Below, piece by piece: positions 36,770 to 44,299 of a DNA stretch of 44,299 nucleotides. Within the stretch, counting starts at the first letter, position 1; the number at the start of each line of letters is the position of its first letter. Origin of the DNA: a virus (lineage: Duplodnaviria > Caudoviricetes); the IMG/VR virus record IMGVR_UViG_3300036796_000076, positions 1 to 44,299 of that record; one strand, written 5' to 3'. The notes under the pieces were generated by a model, which ran no database searches, was not told the origin of the DNA, and was given only the letters and a program-made list of their open reading frames with translations. Both the position numbers and the translations under genes were made by a program.

Positions 36770-36891
36770 CTGATGTTCTCCCCCTCGTTTATCACGCCGC
36801 AGAACAGGAAATATTATCCTGGTCGGTACCGAGGGCTTTAGCCCGTTATGAACTGGCCATCAAGAAATTAGGAGCCGATAGTGGTAGATAA
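36718..36891 (+). CDS. -1 frameshift extension of the chaperone (P2 E+E'-like)
   Basis: Slippery TTTTTTG at 36718-36724; the -1 frame reads FDRRVG...LVYHAAEQEILSWS and runs into the tape measure start. Confidence 0.8.
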   Translation, partial: FFDRRVGILSEADVDRLTDVLPLVYHAAEQEILSWSVPRALARYELAIKKLGADSGR

Positions 36892-39793
36892 AAAGATATC
36901 GGTTCTCCTCAGCGCAAAAGATCAGTTGTCGTCTGTTTTTGAGAAGTCAGATAAAACACTGGAGCGCCTGCGGAAGACCACAGGTAGTGCTAGCGAGGCC
37001 CTGGGGAAACTTCAGCGTACCCAAGGTGATATCTCGGCATACTCGGCAACCAGCAAAGCGCTAGAGGAAACCAACAAAAAGCTGGCAGAGAACCGCCAGC
37101 GAGTAGATGCGGCTGGTAGCGCATTAAAGGCCGCGCAGACGGACCATCGACGTTATCAGCGTGGTATTGCCGCAGCTGAAGAAGCCATTCGGCAACTGGA
37201 TATGGAGCTGGTGAAAAATGGCCGCCTGACAAAAGAGCAACAGATTGCTTACCTCCAGGCCAAACAAACGCTGGATCAGCTTCGACCATCACTGAAGAAA
37301 GCGACAGCGGAGGTCGCGGCAACGCGGCGAGAAAGTAACGCGGCCACACGTGAGATGAACTCGTTAACGTCTGCTGCCGAGAAAGAGCGCACCAGGATTG
37401 ATTCCCTGGGTAACGCTCTCGGCAAAGCTGGCATTGATACCAGCAAATTGGGCCAGGCGCAGCTCAAGCTTGCCGCAGATACTGACAAAGTTACCCGTTC
37501 CCTGCAGAAGCAGGAAGCCCGGATGAAGACGGTGAACAGCGCTCGAGCGCAGATGGCTCAGAACCGTCAAACCCGGAGCGATATTAAGGGGCAGGTACTA
37601 GGAACAGCAGCAGCGGCTGCACCAGTAGTTTATGCCGCAAAAAAAGCGATAGATTATGAGTGGGCATGGGCCGATGTTCAGAAAGTCGTGAATTTCAAAG
37701 ATAAGAAGGAAGATGCCGATTTTCAACGGCGGATCAGAAATCAGGCTGTGAATTTAGGTATGGGTCAGACGGATATGACCGAGATTGTTGCTGCCGCAGG
37801 TCAGGCAGGTGTTGCTAATGGTAAGGATGGAAACGTCGATACTAAACAGCTTGAGCGGTTCTCTGTTGACGCGGCCAAAATGGCCATAGCGTTCGATACT
37901 GATGCCAAGACTGCTGGCGATACGATGGCAACCATGCGAACGTCTCTTAAACTTAATCAGGATCAGATGATTGAGTTGGCGGATGTTATCAACGCCGAAA
38001 GTAACTCCATGAACGCCAAGGCAATGGTTGTCGCTGGAGTAATGAAGAGACAGGGTGCGAATGCTGGGCTGGCTGGCTTTAATCCTCGACAGGTTGCGGC
38101 TTTAACATCTGCGCTGATTGCATCAGGGGATACAGAGGAAACCGGTGCAACTGCGCTTAAAAATATTACAGGGAGATTGACGTTAGGTTTTAAAGCAACG
38201 AAAGGTCAGCGCGAATCGCTGGATATGCTGGGGTTTGATCCAGAAGTTTTGGCTAAAGACATGCAACAGGATGCTGTTGGCACTATGTCAAAAATTCTGA
38301 CTGTGATTAATAAACAAAGGCCAGATCAGAAAAAGGCATTAATCAGTTCTATTTTCGGTGAGGAAGTTGCCGGCTCTGTAGCAAAACTTGCCGGTAACAT
38401 GGACCTGTTGAACAAAGCGATGGGTATCGCCAATGATAAAACACAATATGCTGGCTCGATGGAGAGGGAGTATGCGCAAAAAGCGCAAACTCGGGCGCAG
38501 CAGCTCAAGAAATTACAGGCATCGACAGAGAGCGCCACGATTGCGCTGGGAACTTTACTGCTTCCAGTAATTGATGAGCTAGCCCCACCTATTACCACTT
38601 TCGCAAATGGTCTAAGTAACCTGCTGGAAACTTCCTCAACCGCCAAAACGGCATTCGGCTGGACGCTGAAAGTTGGCGCGGGGCTAATTGCTCTTAAAGC
38701 CGGCGTGATGGCCGCTAAGGGGATTGGCTCTCTTATCAGCGATGTTAAGCAATTAGGGAAAATTGGTAGCGTTAAACTAGGGATCACAACTGATAAAACA
38801 GCAGCTGCTGCTGGTCGTGCAACAACAGCATTGGTCCGATTAAACAGGCAATTAATGTCAATGGGGCGCGGCGGTAGAGCTGGCCCCTGGAATACGCCAA
38901 GCGATATTGAACCACGAACTAGACCTGGCAGAGCAAACGGCCGCAGATGGCCTCGCATGAGAGGTGCTGGGAAATATGGTGCGGCGGCGGCCGCAGCGAT
39001 GATGTTTCTTCCTTCCTTCGATGCATTTGGTGGAAGTGGTGATGAAGCTGATAGCAGTGGCGACGCCGGCGGTATTCTGCCGAAAGCTGAAGGTGCCGTC
39101 GATATGCTGCAGACCGGTGCGGCAGTTATGGCTCCGTTTAGTAAAGGGGTTGGTGGGAAGTTGCTGGGGAAAGCGTTTATGCCTCTGCAGATGCTTTCTG
39201 GTGGTCTGAATATAGCTAACACAGTTTCCCAGGGTGGTAGTGCAGCTCAAGTAGGTTCAGCCGTTGGTGATACTGGTGGTGGTATTGGTGGTGCCGCTAT
39301 AGGTGCTGCGATTGGTACCGCTATCTTACCAGGTATAGGAACGGCCATTGGTGGTGCGTTGGGTGGTATTGCCGGTAGTTCGCTTGGCGCGTCAATTGGT
39401 GAGACCGTCGGGCCTTGGGTTGGTAAAGCGTTTAGTGAGGTTAAAAGCTGGTTCGGTAGTGATAGCAGTAAGCCAGCTTCTGCTGCGGATGTTGTACCCG
39501 TTAAACCGAAAGACTTGGTTAAAACCGCACCCAAAGATATTACTCCTGTAATAGATGCCGCAGTCAAAGCCCAGCAGCCACCTCCAGTCCCGAACGTAAC
39601 GATAAAGAACGAAGTAAGCGCTAAGTTTGATGTGCATGCTTCCGGTGATCCGGTTCAGGATAATGCGCTGGCTCAGAAAATTAAGGCCATTATGCAAGAT
39701 GTTCTGAATAAAGCTAATGCCTCGGCGCTCGCGGGGATTGGCAGTGTTGATACGCGTCTGAATGCATCACTAAATGGTCAGAGGAGTGATTAG
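36881..39793 (+). CDS. Tape measure protein
   Basis: 970 aa, Ala/Gly-rich; TP901-type core ADVQKVVNF...IFGEE; C-terminal glycine zipper. Confidence 0.93.
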   Translation: MVDKKISVLLSAKDQLSSVFEKSDKTLERLRKTTGSASEALGKLQRTQGDISAYSATSKALEETNKKLAENRQRVDAAGSALKAAQTDHRRYQRGIAAAEEAIRQLDMELVKNGRLTKEQQIAYLQAKQTLDQLRPSLKKATAEVAATRRESNAATREMNSLTSAAEKERTRIDSLGNALGKAGIDTSKLGQAQLKLAADTDKVTRSLQKQEARMKTVNSARAQMAQNRQTRSDIKGQVLGTAAAAAPVVYAAKKAIDYEWAWADVQKVVNFKDKKEDADFQRRIRNQAVNLGMGQTDMTEIVAAAGQAGVANGKDGNVDTKQLERFSVDAAKMAIAFDTDAKTAGDTMATMRTSLKLNQDQMIELADVINAESNSMNAKAMVVAGVMKRQGANAGLAGFNPRQVAALTSALIASGDTEETGATALKNITGRLTLGFKATKGQRESLDMLGFDPEVLAKDMQQDAVGTMSKILTVINKQRPDQKKALISSIFGEEVAGSVAKLAGNMDLLNKAMGIANDKTQYAGSMEREYAQKAQTRAQQLKKLQASTESATIALGTLLLPVIDELAPPITTFANGLSNLLETSSTAKTAFGWTLKVGAGLIALKAGVMAAKGIGSLISDVKQLGKIGSVKLGITTDKTAAAAGRATTALVRLNRQLMSMGRGGRAGPWNTPSDIEPRTRPGRANGRRWPRMRGAGKYGAAAAAAMMFLPSFDAFGGSGDEADSSGDAGGILPKAEGAVDMLQTGAAVMAPFSKGVGGKLLGKAFMPLQMLSGGLNIANTVSQGGSAAQVGSAVGDTGGGIGGAAIGAAIGTAILPGIGTAIGGALGGIAGSSLGASIGETVGPWVGKAFSEVKSWFGSDSSKPASAADVVPVKPKDLVKTAPKDITPVIDAAVKAQQPPPVPNVTIKNEVSAKFDVHASGDPVQDNALAQKIKAIMQDVLNKANASALAGIGSVDTRLNASLNGQRSD

Positions 39794-40287
39794 TGGGATT
39801 ATTCAACCAGTATGTCAGCCAGCCTCTTGAGCTGTCGCCCACACAATTTGTGTTGGGCGATTTTGTTTTCAGCCTGCCAGAAAATTCCCCTATTGAGTCA
39901 ATGGCGCGGACGTATGACGGCGGATGGGTCACTATCGACCTGCTGAATGAACTTCCATTGCAGCAGCAAACTGGACGGAAACTGGACGAAATCCGGTTCA
40001 ACTGCACATGGTTCAAGGATGAAGGGACAAAAAATATTGGCAAACTGCTCCATCTGATGGAGCAAAACAAACCGTTAAGCTTGGTTCGTGGGGATGGAAC
40101 CAATATGGGGCAATTTACCATTCGCGGGTTTACCACGGATGAAACCTGGATGCACCAGGAAGGGAAGACGATGAAACAGGTTATCACTATCAATCTGCTG
40201 GAATTTGCCAATAAACCCATCGAGCAGAAGAGCGCTGGTAAGAACGTCAGCACATCGACCAGTTCCGGGACGAGTGGGAGCAAATAA
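39793..40287 (+). CDS. Tail protein P2 gpU-like
   Basis: LGDFVFS, QQTG...I, PLSLVRGDG.NMGQF.I. Confidence 0.85.
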   Translation: MGLFNQYVSQPLELSPTQFVLGDFVFSLPENSPIESMARTYDGGWVTIDLLNELPLQQQTGRKLDEIRFNCTWFKDEGTKNIGKLLHLMEQNKPLSLVRGDGTNMGQFTIRGFTTDETWMHQEGKTMKQVITINLLEFANKPIEQKSAGKNVSTSTSSGTSGSK

Positions 40288-40502
40288 TGCGAGTGAGGAG
40301 CCGTGATCGCGATACGGTGCAGTTTATCGCGTGGGTAAAGCTGGGTCGTGATGACGATGAGGTCGAACAACAGATTTATGATCTGAACCCTCATTTACAC
40401 AGTTATGGGCGAGTATTGCCAGCTGGCGTTGTGATCGAACTCCCCGAAATTACTGATACCACGACAACTGAAGTTGACGAGCAGGTGACGATATGGAGTT
40501 AG
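40287..40502 (+). CDS. Tail protein X (LysM-like)
   Basis: DTV..IAW, LNPHL...G.VLPAGVVIELPE, VTIWS. Confidence 0.9.
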   Translation: MRVRSRDRDTVQFIAWVKLGRDDDEVEQQIYDLNPHLHSYGRVLPAGVVIELPEITDTTTTEVDEQVTIWS

Positions 40503-41539
40503 GCTACACCCCTGTTCATTACTGCGAAGGACCAGGTGCAGATATTATTAATGCCCGGATGACGCAGTTTGAGCGCATAGATGTCAGCAGCGGAAAAGAA
40601 ACCGACAGGCTAATCCTTACGGTTGATGTTACAGACCTGAAAGGCATCCCGGAGGAAGGCGGTGATCTGGTCTGGTATGAAGGGTATGAAGAAACGGGTG
40701 TTGTGAAGATAGGGAAATTTAGGATCACAACGATAAAACCCCAACTTTACCCGCGAGTTATTACCATCACGGCCACCGCCGCGCCTTTTGAAAAATCCGA
40801 TCCAACAGGGTTCCGGCAGCGGCGCTCTGCGTCATGGGATAACACTTCGTTGGGAGAAATTTTCCAAGCAATAGCCAAGCGGCATAATTTGTCGCCCCGC
40901 ATGGACACTCGGTTGAGTGGGTTCAAGTATTCGCATGTTGATCAGACTAACGAGACGGATTCGGCTTTTATTAATAGGTTGGCTGAAGAGCATGATGCGA
41001 TGGCAAAGCCGGTTAATCGTTTCTATGTCCTGTCCTACCGAGGTGAGTCAGCCAGCATCACGGGAAAGACACTGCCTATTATTCAGCTACGTTGTCCGCC
41101 AGTGAACGAACCGGGCTGCAGCGACTTTATCCAGTGCTCTGTTGATATGCCCGGTAAGCAAAAATCAGGTGGGGTGATAGCGAGCTATACGGATGAGAAA
41201 ACAGGGGAGGTCAAAACAGTAACATCGGGGTCCCCGCCGTTTAAAAAAATGCCGCACACGTATGCCAGCAGAGAGCATGCCGAAGCCTGTATGAAAGGCC
41301 GGGGCCGGAAGGTTAAACGTGAGTCGAAGAAGATTCGTCTCGATGTTCCAGGTGATCCATATATTGCAGCAGAAGGACTGATAAAAATGGATAACACATT
41401 CCCGGATGGAATGAGGGGGACCGTCAGCATTGACCGCGTAGAGGCGCGATGTTCCCGCAACGAAGGGTACAGGATGTCGATAACGGCCAGCGAGCCGGTA
41501 GTATCGACCACGAAGAAAAAAACGACAGCAGTGAAGTAA
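40493..41539 (+). CDS. Baseplate hub (P2 gpD-like)
   Basis: ETDRL, RSASW, HVDQTNETDSAFINRLA, GDPYIAAEG. Confidence 0.9.
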   Translation: MELGYTPVHYCEGPGADIINARMTQFERIDVSSGKETDRLILTVDVTDLKGIPEEGGDLVWYEGYEETGVVKIGKFRITTIKPQLYPRVITITATAAPFEKSDPTGFRQRRSASWDNTSLGEIFQAIAKRHNLSPRMDTRLSGFKYSHVDQTNETDSAFINRLAEEHDAMAKPVNRFYVLSYRGESASITGKTLPIIQLRCPPVNEPGCSDFIQCSVDMPGKQKSGGVIASYTDEKTGEVKTVTSGSPPFKKMPHTYASREHAEACMKGRGRKVKRESKKIRLDVPGDPYIAAEGLIKMDNTFPDGMRGTVSIDRVEARCSRNEGYRMSITASEPVVSTTKKKTTAVK

Positions 41540-41543
41540 ATGT

Positions 41544-41575
41544 AAGGCCCCTGCGATTACGCAGGGGCCTTTTTT
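41544..41575. terminator. Terminator between the late operon and sopB
   Basis: AAGGCCCCTGCG-atta-CGCAGGGGCCTT plus T run. Confidence 0.85.
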
Positions 41576-41583
41576 AATTGGTG

Positions 41584-42612
41584 TTATTTCTTGCCTTTGA
41601 TGTTTACCATATGCTCCAGCTTGTCCAGAGAACGGGAGACTTCCCCCGCAGTGCCTACTTCAGTTTCCAGTAGTGCCTCTATTTTTTTTAGTAGCGTGGA
41701 GGGGATTTTTCGGTTGTCTAATTTGAGGGTGACAAAATTGCCTTTGTATTTGGCAACGACGCCATCGCCGTAGGTTTTCTCGGTTTTTGGCAAACTTTCT
41801 TTATCCATCAGGATAACGTCTTGTAACGCCTGAATAATCCGCGCTGGTTCAAAATCCTCGCCGGCTTGCTTCATGCGAAGCAGCTGCCGCGCACCGTCGA
41901 GCATAGTCTGCTCGTGACCCTGATAGACTTTGAACAAAGCGTCGCCGGCGCGGGCTGATAATTCACCCGGATGTTTGAAGATAGACAGGATCTCCTTCGG
42001 TAAGCCGGCAGTATTCATGCAGCGGTTCACGATATTTCGGTCGATTCCTTCGGCTTCAGCCAAGGCTTTAACATTGCCATCAAATTCTTTCAGGCGGCGT
42101 AAGTAGCGTTTTCCGCGCTCATACGCACTGGTCGGACGATAGTCGTTACCTATCTGTGATAACCACTGCATTTGTTCATCATCCAGCTCCCCGACCAGCA
42201 CCCGATAATCGCAACCGGTGACAATGGCTGTTTTACGGCGGCGTGAACCGTCTGCAACTTCAATTATCCCTGCCGTTCTCCGGGCAAACGCAGGGTTCTG
42301 TTGCCCTGATGTGAGGAACGATGGGATGAGGTCGGCCAGCGCTGATTCGTTCAGCAATTCTTGATCGCGCTCGTTACCGAGCCAGACCATTGTCGCCATT
42401 TCGACCTTATCAGCAGGAATGGTTTCCAGCTTAAAGGCCACGTTACGACCACAAACAGGAAGCGTAATAGTGTTCCCGGACAACGAACTCAATTTGCTCT
42501 GTAAGTCACCGACCATAGGCGAAACAGACTGCGTTTTTTGCGGTGCATGATGGGTGTTACTCATTAGCGTTTCGATGTTGGGCGCATTTTTTAAAATAGA
42601 GCGCTGCTTCAT
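41584..42612 (-). CDS. sopB: Partition protein SopB (ParB)
   Basis: Start MKQRSIL gives 342 aa; IEVADGSRRR, NDYRPTSAYERG, HTH, ELSARAG. Confidence 0.95.
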   Translation of the reverse strand: MKQRSILKNAPNIETLMSNTHHAPQKTQSVSPMVGDLQSKLSSLSGNTITLPVCGRNVAFKLETIPADKVEMATMVWLGNERDQELLNESALADLIPSFLTSGQQNPAFARRTAGIIEVADGSRRRKTAIVTGCDYRVLVGELDDEQMQWLSQIGNDYRPTSAYERGKRYLRRLKEFDGNVKALAEAEGIDRNIVNRCMNTAGLPKEILSIFKHPGELSARAGDALFKVYQGHEQTMLDGARQLLRMKQAGEDFEPARIIQALQDVILMDKESLPKTEKTYGDGVVAKYKGNFVTLKLDNRKIPSTLLKKIEALLETEVGTAGEVSRSLDKLEHMVNIKGKK

Positions 42613-42614
42613 AA

Positions 42615-43778
42615 TTAGTCCTCCCAACGTGGTTTGATCAGGTCTTCGAAAATTTCTTTGCAGACTGGCTCCCATATGGCCACCGCATTTCGCCAGGCAT
42701 TAAGAGTCGACCTTTGATTTGCAGCTTGCTCAAATACGGTACGCATTTTTATCTGCCCTTTTCCAACTTCATCAGTTACCCGGACAACCTGCCGCAATAC
42801 CATTGCTCCCCAGGTATTCCGTATCTGCTCTTCCATCCATCGAGATTGGTTGCCGGTTGTCAGGCTGTATTTGGTCAGGAGTAATCGGACTACAGGTTCG
42901 AAGCCACCCAAATCAACGGTTTCAAGCAGGTCCAGCAGCATAGTGAAGAACTGGAGTACAGAGGCATAGTCGAACAGCTCTGCAGGGGTAGCGACAACGA
43001 TGACGTCAGCGGCACAGACAACGTTAATAGTTCCTGTACCAAGGTTAGGGGCGCTGTCTATGACGATAATGTCGTAGTTATCCCATACAGACTCGATAGC
43101 AGCACGCAGCATCAAGTGAGGTGGATGAGGTAGCTTACCCTGCGAATGGTACTGCATCAGATCTGTTTCAATGCGGTGAAGGGCTAGGCAACTGGGGATT
43201 ATGTCGAGACCCGGCCAGCACGTCGGTTTTATCGCATATTCAGCGTTGTCGCGTTTACCGAGGTAAAATGGAAGCAGTGTATCGTCTGCGTGAATGTGCA
43301 AATCAGGGACGTAACCGTGGTACATCGACGCTGTTCCTTGAGGGTCATTCCCTTCCACAAGCAGAACGCGGTGACCTTGCAAGGCTAACCACTGCGCCTG
43401 GTGTACTGCAGACGAGGTTTTGTAAACCCCTCCTTTATGCGACATCACGGCAAGAACAACCGGGTTTTTATCGTCTGGTCTCTGGTTTGGGTTGCCAAAA
43501 ACGCTCCGCATATTGCTAATTTGGTCAATCGTGTAGCCGGCGCGACGTTCCACCCTACCACGCATCTCAAAATCGGGGGCAGGCAGGCGACCAGCTTTCT
43601 CCGCGTCCCTGATTGCCTGCGGTGTTACGCCGATCAGGTCAGCTACTTCAGTAATACCCCAGCGGCGAGTTATACGACGAGCTTCCGGGCTATCATCGCC
43701 GAATTGCGCTATGGCTATAGCGCGGGTCATTTCCTGGCCGCGATTGATGCAATCATGTAGTAAATTAATTAACGACAT
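42615..43778 (-). CDS. sopA: Partition ATPase SopA (ParA)
   Basis: 387 aa; AIAIAQFGDDSPEAR, HKGGVYKTS, GNDPQGT, DSAPNLG. Confidence 0.97.
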   Translation of the reverse strand: MSLINLLHDCINRGQEMTRAIAIAQFGDDSPEARRITRRWGITEVADLIGVTPQAIRDAEKAGRLPAPDFEMRGRVERRAGYTIDQISNMRSVFGNPNQRPDDKNPVVLAVMSHKGGVYKTSSAVHQAQWLALQGHRVLLVEGNDPQGTASMYHGYVPDLHIHADDTLLPFYLGKRDNAEYAIKPTCWPGLDIIPSCLALHRIETDLMQYHSQGKLPHPPHLMLRAAIESVWDNYDIIVIDSAPNLGTGTINVVCAADVIVVATPAELFDYASVLQFFTMLLDLLETVDLGGFEPVVRLLLTKYSLTTGNQSRWMEEQIRNTWGAMVLRQVVRVTDEVGKGQIKMRTVFEQAANQRSTLNAWRNAVAIWEPVCKEIFEDLIKPRWED

Positions 43779-43807
43779 CCTATTCCCCTCTCTAACAGAT
43801 CCTTAAT

Positions 43808-43885
43808 CTTTGTGTTATTTATCCTACTTCACGTTTTTTAAGCAAAGCAACATAAAAAACGCAAAGTTATACAAAAAACGCAAAG
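43808..43885 (-). promoter_or_regulatory. sop promoter/operator with CTTTGC repeats
   Basis: GCAAAG at 43842, 43861 and 43880 (19-bp period) plus inverted CTTTGT at 43808; CTTTGC is the SopA operator hexamer. Confidence 0.7.
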
Positions 43886-44233
43886 TTAAGGATTTAACCA
43901 ATCATATGATACGACATAGGAGCCATTGAGTTGCACCTAAGCGCATCGCTATTGCTGTAGTTGGTATATTCACAAGCTAACTAAATGATTTATAAAAACA
44001 ATTTATTTGGTTAAAAATCATCCAAATCTAAGCGAACGTGCCAAATTCCTCGCTGTTTATACACTTAAAAATCCTTCCATCTCCCCCGCAAAACAACGGA
44101 ACGTAATCAAGGAACGATAACACTGATTCATTGACTCACTATCTAAGAACACTATAGCAGAACACAAAATAAGAATACAATGAGTTTAGATCATAAATAT
44201 GGAACACAACCATGCAATCATATCACATATACG

Positions 44234-44299
44234 GAACATATCAGCACACAGTAGCCCATTATACGCGCGTATAATGGGCAACTGTGTGCTGATATGTTC
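44234..44299. repeat. Telomere-forming palindrome (tel site for TelN)
   Basis: 33-bp arms around TATACGC|GCGTATA (centre 44266/44267) with one mismatch; close to the N15 56-bp telRL. Confidence 0.96.

Larger units (their letters stand above)
1..44299. mobile_element. N15-like linear plasmid prophage (telomere phage-plasmid), near complete
   Basis: telN at the left end; sopBA and the tel palindrome at the right end; repA/cB/cro/Q, internal cos and full virion and lysis modules; no integrase. Confidence 0.96.

Noticed and set aside
21072-39697. Long antisense ORFs (e.g. 21072-21770, 22351-23046, 28399-29175, 38326-39222)
   Set aside because: Shadows of well-supported virion genes, with no RBS or recognisable motifs.

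Overview
The window is an essentially complete ~44.3 kb N15-like linear phage-plasmid (telomere phage) of an enterobacterium, in prophage order. From left to right: telN protelomerase; immA (c4-type CA RNA, icd, antA, antB); accessory genes; repA; immB (cB, cro, Q); early accessory genes; a LexA-boxed antC; a toxin-antitoxin pair; a late promoter; a DNA methyltransferase; lysis genes; a lambda-type cos; lambda-type packaging and head genes; tail genes; sopBA; and a terminal tel palindrome. Unlike N15, phiKO2 and PY54, which are siphoviruses, it carries a P2-like contractile tail with a Gin/Pin-type invertible tail-fibre cassette. Other notable points: six dispersed variant centromeres (TGCGACCACGGTCGCA), a second unexplained dispersed palindrome (CGTGAC-N2-GTCACG), an o-spanin whose usual C-terminal half appears to sit on the i-spanin, a non-lambda cohesive end, and a structured non-coding element between two centromeres next to cos. 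All calls come from reading the sequence and recalled family knowledge; no database searches were run.
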